64,000 nt of DNA from Candidatus Latescibacterota bacterium (GTDB taxonomy: Bacteria > Latescibacterota > UBA2968 > UBA8231), in assembly GCA_965204725.1 (NCBI GenBank), contig OZ242005.1:1216001-1280000 (forward strand). Reading direction: 5' to 3'. Below are positions 20,403 through 29,815 of this stretch, in pieces (the first letter of the stretch is position 1; each line of letters starts with the position of its first letter). The notes under the pieces are model-generated. The model made no database searches. It had not been told where the DNA came from and was given only the letters and a program-made list of their open reading frames with translations. A program made the position numbers and the translations under genes.

Positions 20403-21696
20403 CTTGGGGTATCCTCTGGGCTTGGGTCATCATGCCGCGCAGGGGTTTGCCTTGGTATTCGGCGCGGTCTGGGTTGTAATATTCCCACACAATTTCGCCG
20501 GCGGGCGTTACTTCGAGCAAGCGGCCGCGTTGCGATTCCGTGATGAGGGTGTTGCCGTTGGGCAGGCGCTGTTGGGCGCCGCGGATCTCGCTGTCGAACC
20601 GCTGGTCGGGGCTGGTGCCTTGGTACGACCAGTACGTTTCGTGCGTAAAGAGGTCGATTTCGAGGACGCGGCTTTGGCCGAAGGGGTGGCCGCGCAGTCC
20701 CTGATTGTCAAAGAGCAGGACGCGGCCGTTGGGCAGCAGGTCGGGGTCGTGCTGCTGTTTCCAGATTCCTTCCCCATACCAGATCACTTGTTGCTCGACG
20801 GAACTGACGATGATGAGGGCGTTGGGGTTGCGCAGGGAGATGAGCAGGTCGCCGGCTTGGATGCGCGGGACGTGGGCGGCCCACGCGGGCGGGATGAGGC
20901 GAATGGCGTTGGTGTGGGTGACTTCGCTGTGGCGGGTGGTCTGCCAGCGGTCGAACACGCTGCGGTACGGCGAGTTTTTCAGGGCGCGAAAGATGGAAAA
21001 GCGCCGCTTCTCTTGGCCGGTTTGCCCGTCGATGACCACGGCGAAGTCCTCGATGTACGGCGGTTGAATGTTGCCGATGGGCGCGGTGCCAACTTCTTGC
21101 ACTAGCGAGTAGATGTTGCCCTCGCCGTCGAGGTCGAAGTCGTGGTGAGCGCTGCCGGTGTATTTCCAGATTACCTGTGAGTTTTTGTCCAGCTTGACGA
21201 GGCCGTAGCCGTAGGGGTAGTGGTTGACGTAATCGTGGTTGGCGAGTAGGTCGCCGTTGGGGTACAGGTGGGTGCGGTGCCAGTGCAGCATGTCGGGTTG
21301 CTGCGGAAAGGCGGCAAAGTCGTCTTGGTCAAAGGCGGCGGCAAAGTCGCATTGCCACTGGTGGACGATGGTGCCGAGTGAGTCCATGAGCACGGCGGCG
21401 GTGGCGTTTTTGGATACGAGGGTCAGCCCGGGCTGCATGGCCGCGGCGTTGTGGACGATGGCCCCGGATGGCGCGCTGGCGTCTTCAAACCACATAGTGC
21501 TGGTGAATTGGTTTTTGGTGTCGGTGAGGCTTTCGTAGAAATAGGCGAGGTGCCCGTACGCGTTGACCGCGTGGATGCGGATGTCGGGCGCGGGGGCGAG
21601 GTGGAAGATCGCCGCTACGACGCCGTAGATGTAGGCGAGGAAGAGGAGGCAGCAGATTAGGGTGGCGATGTAGGCTTTGTGGAGGAAGGAGGGCAT
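20377..21696 (-). CDS. arylsulfate sulfotransferase (ASST) family beta-propeller protein
   Basis: N-terminal TM; AHHDFD, THTNAI, LISLRN, QQHD, FDNQG, QRLPNGNTLITES. Confidence 0.87.
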   Translation of the reverse strand: MPSFLHKAYIATLICCLLFLAYIYGVVAAIFHLAPAPDIRIHAVNAYGHLAYFYESLTDTKNQFTSTMWFEDASAPSGAIVHNAAAMQPGLTLVSKNATAAVLMDSLGTIVHQWQCDFAAAFDQDDFAAFPQQPDMLHWHRTHLYPNGDLLANHDYVNHYPYGYGLVKLDKNSQVIWKYTGSAHHDFDLDGEGNIYSLVQEVGTAPIGNIQPPYIEDFAVVIDGQTGQEKRRFSIFRALKNSPYRSVFDRWQTTRHSEVTHTNAIRLIPPAWAAHVPRIQAGDLLISLRNPNALIIVSSVEQQVIWYGEGIWKQQHDPDLLPNGRVLLFDNQGLRGHPFGQSRVLEIDLFTHETYWSYQGTSPDQRFDSEIRGAQQRLPNGNTLITESQRGRLLEVTPAGEIVWEYYNPDRAEYQGKPLRGMMTQAQRIPQDALPFLEN

Positions 21697-21744
21697 GGGC
21701 TAGCTATGGTAAATTCAACAGGATGGTGTCGAGTGCGACCCGCG

Positions 21745-21990
21745 TCATAGGCTCTGGCTTCGCACCGCCCGGCTGGATTCGACGATCACCTGCTCTATCT
21801 CTTCGGCGGGTATATCCTTAAAGCCCATGCGAAATCGCTCCACGGCTTCGCGGACATCTTCTCGAGGCTGAACCGACTCATCTTCCTCTATGAGAATGAA
21901 GGCCCTAACCTTGGTCGACAAGGGTTTTCCGGTCTGTCCAAGCTGTTCAATCAGTGCGCCAATCGTGGTATTCGTTTCGGTAATTTTCAT
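21745..21990 (-). CDS. small hypothetical protein, antitoxin-like
   Basis: ATG 21990 with GAGGGG RBS; 81 aa with acidic helical C-terminus; lies in a TA-like cluster. Confidence 0.55.
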   Translation of the reverse strand: MKITETNTTIGALIEQLGQTGKPLSTKVRAFILIEEDESVQPREDVREAVERFRMGFKDIPAEEIEQVIVESSRAVRSQSL

Positions 21991-22031
21991 GATCCCCTCG
22001 CTAAAATTTACAAGCTGTAATTCAGCCCTCC

Positions 22032-22307
22032 TCAACGCCGGATTGTGTTTACAACGTCTAGATCGCCGTCAATCTCCTCCACTTCGCAGTCGTTGATTGG
22101 GATTTGGCGATGGGAGAGGAGAGCCAGAAATGCGCGGTAGGAGAGGCCCAACAGTTCGGCCCCTTTGCGAATGGAGATGCGCTTTTGGCGGAAAAGATCG
22201 AGCACCACAGCTTCTTTCATAGCAGTAGAGGCCGTGGCCGCGTCTGTCCAGAGGCCCTTGACTAGGGACTGGGGAAATTCTAGGGAGAGTTTGATCGTGT
22301 CTGCCAA
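22032..22307 (-). CDS. UPF0175 family protein (antitoxin-like)
   Basis: LDLFRQKRISIRKGAELLGLSYRAFLALLSHRQIP; AGGAGG RBS before TTG. Confidence 0.85.
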   Translation of the reverse strand: MADTIKLSLEFPQSLVKGLWTDAATASTAMKEAVVLDLFRQKRISIRKGAELLGLSYRAFLALLSHRQIPINDCEVEEIDGDLDVVNTIRR

Positions 22308-22361
22308 AATAGCCTCCTACCTATGAGTATATAGCGGTGGGAGGCTTTTTGGCAACGGCGG

Positions 22362-23315
22362 CTAGCGTGGGTTGGTGGAGACGAGGACGGTGGAGGGGTC
22401 GCCGTATTTTTCAATGAGCCAGCGTGATTGTTCATAACTATCCGGTGAGGTAAAATGGGTCTGCAACCATAGCTCTCCGATCTTTCGCTTGCTATGGAAC
22501 TCGCTGCCGGTTGGGTGAGTCGGGTCAGTGTGTAAAAGGTTTCGGTTTCCTTTAATTGCTGGTACTGGGCAATCTCCTGCTGAAATTTTGCCCGTTTCAA
22601 CCAAGTGCTCGGCAACACTGACCAATAGATCGGTCCAATTTTTAATCGGTTTTGGACCTGAGTTTGAAAACCTGATGGATGCCGGTGCTTTCTGACCACT
22701 TTCTACTTTCAATAACGTAAGTGACCTCCAATCGCCGTTATTGGTCGGCTCAGGCATCGTTGGCACGGAGTCTTCGGGCGAGGGTTTTATTACCGGCGTC
22801 GCCGCTTCCTTCGGCAGCTCCCCACTCGCCAAATTAGGTCGCCATAGACCTAAAGCCTGCAACGCACAAGCGTAAGGTCCTTCCTGCGTCAATTGGAATT
22901 CCATCAGGACTTTGTCTGGGTCATCAATCGGGACTGGCTTAAATACTTCTAACATCCGCCAATGATCGCCATTCGTGAGGGCCATGTAGGGAATACCAGC
23001 CGTGGTAGCGTAGTCGAGTGCCTGCTTCGTTGCCTTCTCATCCAACAGCGTTCCTAGGACCTTGGCTTCAATCACAGCTATCGGTTTGTCGCTTCCCATC
23101 AGCACGTAGTCAAGCCGATATTTCTTCTTACCGACCCCGGTCTCGTATTCGAGTTCGACGGAATTGGGGTCTTCAGCGTCCCAGCCTAGTGCGCGAAGCA
23201 TGGGATCGATGAGCACCTGCCGCGTCCGCGTCTCATAGCCTTCTAAGTATGCGCGATGTGCATGAATGCGCTTCCGTAGCGTTTCGATGGTTGCTTTCAG
23301 ATCGTCTAATGCCAT
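22362..23315 (-). CDS. HsdR N-terminal-type PD-(D/E)xK nuclease with a C-terminal putative DNA-reader domain
   Basis: LIDPMLRALGWD, LDYVL...VIEAK, QALDY, LTNGDHW; Pro-rich linker; C-terminal NWTDLL...LWLQTHF. Confidence 0.8.
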   Translation of the reverse strand: MALDDLKATIETLRKRIHAHRAYLEGYETRTRQVLIDPMLRALGWDAEDPNSVELEYETGVGKKKYRLDYVLMGSDKPIAVIEAKVLGTLLDEKATKQALDYATTAGIPYMALTNGDHWRMLEVFKPVPIDDPDKVLMEFQLTQEGPYACALQALGLWRPNLASGELPKEAATPVIKPSPEDSVPTMPEPTNNGDWRSLTLLKVESGQKAPASIRFSNSGPKPIKNWTDLLVSVAEHLVETGKISAGDCPVPAIKGNRNLLHTDPTHPTGSEFHSKRKIGELWLQTHFTSPDSYEQSRWLIEKYGDPSTVLVSTNPR

Positions 23316-23497
23316 TGGAGTAGCTCCTCTTGGTGGGTGATGGACGTGAGATTGTTAGACGCGAGCGGTGGGGTTGTGGATATTTGTTCAAAGCCTTTAA
23401 GCGCGTGGTTCATCAGCGAAAGGCCCTCTTGATTGGCCAGATGCCGAATTCGGTCGGCCAATTCTCGGTCAAATCCATTCGGTGTTAGCTGGTTCAT
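23306..23497 (-). pseudogene. ribbon-helix-helix (FitA-like) antitoxin, probably degenerate
   Basis: MNQLTPNGFDRELADRIRHLANQEGLSL resembles an RHH antitoxin N-terminus; the rest looks random; no toxin follows. Confidence 0.5.
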
Positions 23498-23518
23498 GAT
23501 CCCTCGTTGAGAGTTACA

Positions 23519-23544
23519 AGCTATCTTAGTCAGCTATCTTAGTC
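23519..23544. repeat. 13-bp perfect tandem duplication
   Basis: AGCTATCTTAGTC x2. Confidence 0.9.
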
Positions 23545-23633
23545 AATGGATCGCCTCCACCCGGTACGCATCGGGAACAGCAGAAAAGGCGGACGCAACG
23601 TAGGGGTCGCGTACTTAGAAGCGGTCAGAATAC

Positions 23634-23725
23634 TCTGGTGGCCGTCGCTTGGGTCTAAACGATCCCGGCTGGATTCCCGCTTTCGCGGGAATGACGGATC
23701 CCGGCTCTACGGCTTGTTCAACACG
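23634..23725. repeat. 92-bp palindromic dispersed element, copy 1
   Basis: TCTGGTGGCCGTC-CTTGGGTCTAAACGATCCCGGCTGGATTCCCGCTTTCGCGGGAA...CTCTACGGCTTGTTCAACACG; near-identical to 51022-51113. Confidence 0.9.
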
Positions 23726-23795
23726 CCAAGGGGGGGTCAGACCGCTTCTAAGGCAATAATGTATGAATATCCTTCCACAGACTTTTCAATAAGCC

Positions 23796-24884
23796 ATGCA
23801 AACGGACTTTAATCAAACGCGGCTGATGCGTTTTTTCGGCTGGCTGGTGCATGCGCATCCGAACTTTTGGATCGATGTGGGCAAGCTGGAGACGTGGCTG
23901 CTCAAGGGGCGGTTGGCAGGCCGAGCGGTACAAGCGCCCATTTACGTCACCGGCTTGGCCCGCGCCGGGACGACCCTGCTGCTGAACCTATTCGCGTCCC
24001 ACCCGCGCCTGACCTCGTTCAAATACTGCGATTACTACGGCGCGTTCACGCCGTTTTGGGCCGACCGCCTCTTTCGCGCGGCCGGCGTGGGCGCGGCACG
24101 CAAACAAGAGCGCGCCCACGCTGACGGCGTGCAGATCAACGCATACAGCCCAGAGGCCATGGAAGAAATCCTGTGGATGCAGTTTTTCGATTATCTGCAC
24201 GACCCGGCCGTGAACAACGCGGTTGAGCGGCAAACCAGCCACCCGGAATTTGAGACTTTTTACGCGGCGACCTTGACCAAGCTGCTGCTGGCCCGCGGCG
24301 GCGAGCGCGTCGTCTCCAAAAACAACTACAACATCACGCGGATCGCGTATCTGGCCAAGCTATACGAGGATGCGCGATTCGTCATTGCGGTGCGCCATCC
24401 GGTCGCACACGTCGCGTCCATGGCGCGCCAGCACCAGCGCAACTTGGCCCATTTCTCGTCCCCGGCTCACCGCCAGTACCTACGCAACGCCGGCCACTTT
24501 GAGTTTGGCCCCGAGCGCGTCCCCATCACCCTTGACGCGGAAAAGACGCGACATATCCAAAGGCTGTGGAACGAGGGGTGCGACGCCGAGGGCTGGGCTG
24601 AATACTGGAATGCGATTTACGCTTGGACCTACGCGGAGGTGCTGCAACACGACGCGCTTGCGACGCGCTGTTTGGTGATGCCGTTTGAGCACTTGTGCGC
24701 GGAGGCCGAGCAAAAGGTTGCGGAGATGCTGGCGTTTTGCAACTTGGACGGGGACGAGGCGCGGGTGAAGGGCTTAGCCGCGCACGTCGCGTGGCAGCCC
24801 CAATACGAAGCGGCGTTCAGCGCGACCGAGCGCGACGCCATCTGGCAGATATGCGGCGCGACGGCAAAGAATTACGGGCTATAG
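23796..24884 (+). CDS. PAPS-dependent sulfotransferase family protein
   Basis: IYVTGLARAGTTLL (5'-PSB loop), AVRHPVAHVAS (3'-PB motif). Confidence 0.87.
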   Translation: MQTDFNQTRLMRFFGWLVHAHPNFWIDVGKLETWLLKGRLAGRAVQAPIYVTGLARAGTTLLLNLFASHPRLTSFKYCDYYGAFTPFWADRLFRAAGVGAARKQERAHADGVQINAYSPEAMEEILWMQFFDYLHDPAVNNAVERQTSHPEFETFYAATLTKLLLARGGERVVSKNNYNITRIAYLAKLYEDARFVIAVRHPVAHVASMARQHQRNLAHFSSPAHRQYLRNAGHFEFGPERVPITLDAEKTRHIQRLWNEGCDAEGWAEYWNAIYAWTYAEVLQHDALATRCLVMPFEHLCAEAEQKVAEMLAFCNLDGDEARVKGLAAHVAWQPQYEAAFSATERDAIWQICGATAKNYGL

Positions 24885-24918
24885 TTCGCCGTCGCCCCAA
24901 ACCAACGCGAGGTATCCG

Positions 24919-25746
24919 ATGGATCTACTAGACGGACAAATCGCTGTCGTCACGGGCGGTGCCCAAGGCTTAGGGCTGGGAATCGCCCGGCAGTTGGCCT
25001 GCGACCGGGCCAGCGTGGTCATCGCCGACCGGCAGGAGGACAAGGCGCACGAGGAGGCCGCCAAACTCCGCGAAGAGGGCCTGACGGTGCGGGCCGCGGC
25101 GCTCGACATAACCGACAGCGCGGCGGTGACGGCCTTTTTCGCCGCGCTCGTCGCCCAAGAGCAGCGGGTAGATATTCTAGTCAACAACGCCGGGACCGGC
25201 CAGCAGGTGGCTCCGCTAGTCGAGCTGGAGGACGCCGAGTGGCACCGGGTGCTAGACGCGACCCTGACCGGAGCCTTTTACTGCTGCCGCGCGGCCGGAC
25301 GCATCATGGAGGAACAGGAGGCCGGCTGCATCGTCAACATCTCCTCGATCAACGGCCAGAACCCGGCTGCCTTGGTCGCGGCGTACAATGTGGCCAAGGC
25401 CGGAATCATTAGCCTCACCCGAACCTTGGCGCTGGAGTTGGCCGCGTACGGCGTGCGGGTCAACGCCGTGTGTCCGGGGCCGGTGTACACGGAATTCAAC
25501 CAGCGCAACATGGCCCAGCGCCGCGTCTCCTTGGGGCTGTCCGAAGAAGAAATGATTGAGCGCATTCGCACGGCCATTCCCTTGGGACGCTGGGGCGAGG
25601 TAGGGGATATTGCCCAAGGCGTGGCCTTTTTGTGTCGCCCGGCCGCGTCTTGGATCACCGGCGAAGTGCTCCGCATCAGCGGCGGCATGGAAGGCGTGTC
25701 GGCCACGCCGCCGAAAAGGCCGCGGCCGGAGCGGAGTTCGCTATGA
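24919..25746 (+). CDS. SDR family oxidoreductase
   Basis: TGGAQGLG, NNAG, YNVAK, VNAVCPG. Confidence 0.93.
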   Translation: MDLLDGQIAVVTGGAQGLGLGIARQLACDRASVVIADRQEDKAHEEAAKLREEGLTVRAAALDITDSAAVTAFFAALVAQEQRVDILVNNAGTGQQVAPLVELEDAEWHRVLDATLTGAFYCCRAAGRIMEEQEAGCIVNISSINGQNPAALVAAYNVAKAGIISLTRTLALELAAYGVRVNAVCPGPVYTEFNQRNMAQRRVSLGLSEEEMIERIRTAIPLGRWGEVGDIAQGVAFLCRPAASWITGEVLRISGGMEGVSATPPKRPRPERSSL

Positions 25747-27695
25747 CCACGCCCTCGTGGACATCCTATTTGCTGCCCCGGCCGCAGGAGATTCGCATTG
25801 CCGATAGCGTCCGCTGTAAGCCGAGCGAAGTGGGCATCGCGCTGCGGGACCAAGCCGGGCCTATTGAGCAGCAGGGGGCCGCTGAGTTGGAAGCCTTGTT
25901 CGTTGAAAAGGGCCGAGCCAAGCCGGATGGGCGGGGCTTTACCATCGACATCGGCGTGGCGGAGGCAACCAGCGAGGCCATGGCACGGCTTCAAGGCTTG
26001 AATAACAAGGCCCAAGCCTATCTCATTGAGCCTCAAGGACGCGACCGACTGGTGCTGACTAGCGCAGACGAGCGGGGCGTGTATTACGCCTGCCAGACCC
26101 TGATCCAATTGCTCGAACCTGAAATGAGCCGGGACCAAGTTCACATCCCCTTGGCCGAGGTGGTGGACTGGCCCGATATGGACGAGCGGGGCCTGTGGAA
26201 TTTTCCCGAGCCCGAGGCTTGGATCCCGTGGCTGGCCGCGCTCAAATTGAACTACGGCAAAATGGCCTCGACGCAGTTGCACCCCATTGAACGCGGTCGG
26301 CGCAACCGGGCCACCATCGACCGCGAACTGCTCGAAGCGGCGCGGCGGCGGGCGTTCAATTATCTGCCCTATATCCTGCATCTCAATTTTCTGCACGACT
26401 GCGGCCTTTTCAGGGCCTATCCCGAATTGGCCGGCAAGGGAGACGGGGCGCTGACCGGGCGCTATTTCGCCCACAAGGCGGGCAATCAGCACCGGGTTCC
26501 TTGCGCCTCGCAGCCGCTGTTGGTGCAGATTCTGCAAGAGTGGATGGAGGACATCGCCGGGCAGGGAGCCGGGGAAGTAAGCTGCTGGCTGAGCGAGCGG
26601 CCCGGGCAATGCGGCTGTCTTGAATGCACTGCGGTGGGGCAGTTCGTGCTGGAGGCCCGGGCCTTTGTCGCCGCGTGGCGACGCGCCCAAACGCACCATC
26701 CCGACTTGCAGATTCGCATCTTTTTATCAACCACCACCACCGAGCGCGACTATCGGGTGCTAGACGAGTTGCCCCCAGCGGTGAAAATTGAGCGGGCCTG
26801 CGCTACCGAGCTGGAGCGGGTGCTGCATCGGCCGCGCGATTTAATGGCCAATCCCCTGCTAGACCACTATGCGGCCGAGGGGCGCTGGATCGCCAGTTAC
26901 GATGTGCCCATTGCGGCCAACGGTCGGGTCGATACGCCCGAGTTCAAGGTGCCGCAGCGTTCGGCCCACCGCATGCGGGACTATATCGGCCAACTGGTGC
27001 GGCGGGGGTATAGCGGGGCTTATGGCATGATGGCTTGGGGCGGCCCAGAGCGCCAGATCTGCAGCTTCAATATCCACGCCTTGGCCGAGTGGGCTTGGAA
27101 TAGCCGAGGCCGCGACGAAGCGGAATTCGCCGTGGCTTGGGCTCGGCGGGAAGGCTATGCCCAGCCCGAGGCCGTGGCCGAGTGGGCCGCTTTGATGGGG
27201 CCGGTGGAATTCGATGTGTACGATTCCGATTTCCCGATATGCTATTCTTGGGGCCAAGCCGCCGCCATGGTGCAACAGCGACAGCGGCCCTATTTGGGCG
27301 AGGGGATGTTCCGCTACTATCTCGCGGTCGAGGACTTCGACGCCAAAGCGGCGGTCTGCGATCGAGCCTTGGCAATAGTCCAAGATCTGGGGGAAGCGGA
27401 CTTGGCCCACGAGACGCAGGTGGTGCGGTCCTATGTGGAATTGGCGCGCGGCGTCTATTGGGTGGCCGAACAGGTCGCCACGCTTGACTTAGCGGAGTTG
27501 GAAAACCAAGCGTTGGTGCAGGGTAGCCTCGACCAGTTGCAAAAGGCGGGTCGGGACAACGTAGAGGCCATTCGGAATTGGCGTGCGGGCTTGGGCCGTG
27601 AGCCGTGGCACTACCGGGTACACGATGCCATTAAGGGCACAGAGACGACCGTGGCGGCTATCGTCCAATGCGTCGCCGACCGTTACTTGTATTGA
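25743..27695 (+). CDS. protein with a GH20 zincin-like N-terminal domain (putative glycoside hydrolase)
   Basis: LLPRPQ start, QAYLI, DERGVYYACQTLIQL, VVDWPDMDERG; ATGA overlap with the SDR gene. Confidence 0.72.
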   Translation: MTTPSWTSYLLPRPQEIRIADSVRCKPSEVGIALRDQAGPIEQQGAAELEALFVEKGRAKPDGRGFTIDIGVAEATSEAMARLQGLNNKAQAYLIEPQGRDRLVLTSADERGVYYACQTLIQLLEPEMSRDQVHIPLAEVVDWPDMDERGLWNFPEPEAWIPWLAALKLNYGKMASTQLHPIERGRRNRATIDRELLEAARRRAFNYLPYILHLNFLHDCGLFRAYPELAGKGDGALTGRYFAHKAGNQHRVPCASQPLLVQILQEWMEDIAGQGAGEVSCWLSERPGQCGCLECTAVGQFVLEARAFVAAWRRAQTHHPDLQIRIFLSTTTTERDYRVLDELPPAVKIERACATELERVLHRPRDLMANPLLDHYAAEGRWIASYDVPIAANGRVDTPEFKVPQRSAHRMRDYIGQLVRRGYSGAYGMMAWGGPERQICSFNIHALAEWAWNSRGRDEAEFAVAWARREGYAQPEAVAEWAALMGPVEFDVYDSDFPICYSWGQAAAMVQQRQRPYLGEGMFRYYLAVEDFDAKAAVCDRALAIVQDLGEADLAHETQVVRSYVELARGVYWVAEQVATLDLAELENQALVQGSLDQLQKAGRDNVEAIRNWRAGLGREPWHYRVHDAIKGTETTVAAIVQCVADRYLY

Positions 27696-27708
27696 GGGAG
27701 GACGACGT

Positions 27709-27736
27709 TTGACAAGTGTTCCATAATTGGTACACT
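27709..27736 (+). promoter_or_regulatory. TA promoter with overlapping palindromic operator
   Basis: TTGACA-16 nt-TACACT; inverted repeat AGTGT-CCA...TGG-ACACT spans the spacer and the -10 element. Confidence 0.65.
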
Positions 27737-27744
27737 ATGAGACA

Positions 27745-28092
27745 ATGAACAGAGTCAGGCCGCTAACCGTTCGCTTCTTCTGCACGACCACAGGGCGTGA
27801 GCCAGTTCGAGTGTGGCTACGCAGCTTAGATCGAGAGACAAAGAAGATCATCGGTGAGGATATCAAGACAGTTCAGTTCGGGTGGCCGCTGGGAATGCCG
27901 CTGGTACGCAAGCTCGATAGCGATCTTTGGGAGATCCGTAGTACGCTGCCCAATTCGATAGCCCGAGTGCTCTTTACGGTCTATGATGGCACTGTCATCC
28001 TGTTGCACGGTTTCATCAAGAAAAGCCAGAAAATCCCCGTTAGGGACCTCACTTTAGCACACTCCAGACTAACGATGCTCCGGGAGGAATGA
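27745..28092 (+). CDS. RelE/ParE-superfamily toxin (Gp49/DUF891-like)
   Basis: GREPVRVWL, DIKTVQFGWPLGMPLVRKL, LWEIRS, LLHGFIKKSQK. Confidence 0.9.
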   Translation: MNRVRPLTVRFFCTTTGREPVRVWLRSLDRETKKIIGEDIKTVQFGWPLGMPLVRKLDSDLWEIRSTLPNSIARVLFTVYDGTVILLHGFIKKSQKIPVRDLTLAHSRLTMLREE

Positions 28093-28370
28093 TGAAAAAG
28101 CATATAGGCAGCAACTTTGATGAGTTCCTCGCAGAAGAAGGAATGCTCAGCGAAACCGAGGCAACGGCTGTAAAACGCGTTATTGCCTATCAGCTAAGTC
28201 TTTTCATGGAAAAAAACAAGCTGTCCAAAACGGAGATGGCAAAACGCATGCAAACCAGTCGGTCTGCGCTAGACCGTCTGCTTGACTCAACCAACCCCTC
28301 CATAACGCTACAGACCATGGATCGCGCGGCGCGGGTGCTGGGCAAAAAACTCCGCATTGAGCTAGTCTGA
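28089..28370 (+). CDS. XRE/HTH antitoxin (HigA-like)
   Basis: HIGSNFDEFL, SKTEMAKRMQTSRSALDRLLD, TLQTM; overlaps the toxin stop. Confidence 0.9.
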   Translation: MMKKHIGSNFDEFLAEEGMLSETEATAVKRVIAYQLSLFMEKNKLSKTEMAKRMQTSRSALDRLLDSTNPSITLQTMDRAARVLGKKLRIELV

Positions 28371-28480
28371 GCGTACCGAGTCTGGCTTGCTGCCGGCACT
28401 TGGCTCGTCGCGGCAAGCCCTCATCCCCTAGAACTCAACAGCCGGCAAACCCCCGATCCGTGGCCGCGGCGTTCATCCGC

Positions 28481-29815
28481 TCACGGCACGAACCGATAGA
28501 CCACCGGCAACTGCGCGGGTTCTGTAACGCCGGAGTCTGTGTGATGGTAGATGTTGATGCGGCCGGCACCGCAGTCGCCGAAATCGTCGCAGGAGAGCGG
28601 GCCGCTCAGGCCCTGAAGGTCGGCCGTCGCGCTTAGCTGTTGGCGGAGGGCAGCGCGGTCGATCAAGAGCTTTCCGTCCTCGGCCACGACCACAGCCTCG
28701 ATGGTGTGCAACAGCAGCGTGGTCGCGTCGTAGGCATGGGCCCAGTACGGCGAGGCAGGTGACGCGCCGTAGGTGGCTTTGTATGCGGCGAGCACTTCGT
28801 CGGCGAGCTTGCCGGTGACGCCATTGACGTTCCCGCTGTGATCCGTCTCCGGCCCGGCGAAGTATATGCCCTCCGACTGGGGTGTGCCGAGGAACTCGGA
28901 CACGAGCAGAGCCGCGCCCGTGATGAGTGCGGTGCCTTCCAAGCCATCGAACGCGCGCGCCTGCTGGGCAAAGGGCGAGCCTTCCACCTCAAAGAGCGGG
29001 AAGAAGATGCCGTCTGGACTGGCGGCGGCAATTTCTGCGAGGACCGCCGTCATGTCTGCGTCGCCTTTCTGGATCTGGGCGATGGCTGCGACTTGGCCGC
29101 CGAGGGCGCGGAACGCATCGCCAAACGCGCTGACGAGGGCTGTGGTGTACGGGTCGCCGTCATCAACGGTCGCCACGCGCCGCAGACTCAGCTCGCTGTA
29201 CGCAAAGTCGGCGAGGGCTCGCGCCTGATAGAGATCGTTGTTGGAAACGCGGAAATACCCGGGGTGGTAGTCGGGGCCGGCGTTGCCGGCGAGGTCGGAC
29301 GTGAGCCGCGGCGAGGTGTTGGACGGCGCGATCATCGTCAAGCCGGCCGCGCTGAGCACTGGTGAAGCGGCTACGGCCGCGCCGGAGCAGGACGTGCCAA
29401 TCACGCCGATTACCTGTGGGTCCGCGCTGATCTGCTCGGCGCGAGCGCGCCCCCCATCCGGCCCACACGTGCCATCTACCGGCTCGCCGAGCTCAATCGC
29501 GTACCCGCGAATGCTGCCGATGTCGCGCACGGCTAACTCAATGGCGTACCGCTCCGTTATACCAAGCGACGGCGCGATGGTGTGCGCGAGCAACGAGCGG
29601 ATTTGGACGGACTCGCCGGCGCGGACCTCGACCACACCGAGCGGGTGGAGCCGCGACTCGGCGCGGCCGGCGACGGGCGAGCTGGTCCAAGTCACGCTGC
29701 TGATTACGCGCTTGGCCGCCGCTTGGGTCGGCTGGTTCGAGGAAACTGGATCGCGGTCGGAACACGCGCCTAGGGTCAAGGCGCAGGTGAGAAGAAAAAA
29801 CAAAGCGAATTTCAT
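28481..29815 (-). CDS. LivJ-like (branched-chain amino acid class) substrate-binding lipoprotein, copy 1
   Basis: Lipobox LGAC; GVIGTSCSG, PSNTSP, YFRVS, HAYDAT. Confidence 0.88.
   Translation of the reverse strand: MKFALFFLLTCALTLGACSDRDPVSSNQPTQAAAKRVISSVTWTSSPVAGRAESRLHPLGVVEVRAGESVQIRSLLAHTIAPSLGITERYAIELAVRDIGSIRGYAIELGEPVDGTCGPDGGRARAEQISADPQVIGVIGTSCSGAAVAASPVLSAAGLTMIAPSNTSPRLTSDLAGNAGPDYHPGYFRVSNNDLYQARALADFAYSELSLRRVATVDDGDPYTTALVSAFGDAFRALGGQVAAIAQIQKGDADMTAVLAEIAAASPDGIFFPLFEVEGSPFAQQARAFDGLEGTALITGAALLVSEFLGTPQSEGIYFAGPETDHSGNVNGVTGKLADEVLAAYKATYGASPASPYWAHAYDATTLLLHTIEAVVVAEDGKLLIDRAALRQQLSATADLQGLSGPLSCDDFGDCGAGRINIYHHTDSGVTEPAQLPVVYRFVP

Noticed and set aside
21745-23725. Classical integron cassette array
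   Set aside because: No tyrosine integrase in the window and no convincing attC sites between the ORFs.
25278-26699. 473-aa minus-strand ORF and similar long antisense ORFs (e.g. 16711-17880, 10796-11833, 45097-46020)
   Set aside because: Antisense shadows of well-supported genes, expected in GC-rich DNA; they carry no family motifs.
27745-28370. RelE/XRE pair as a novel system
   Set aside because: An ordinary, intact toxin-first type II TA module.
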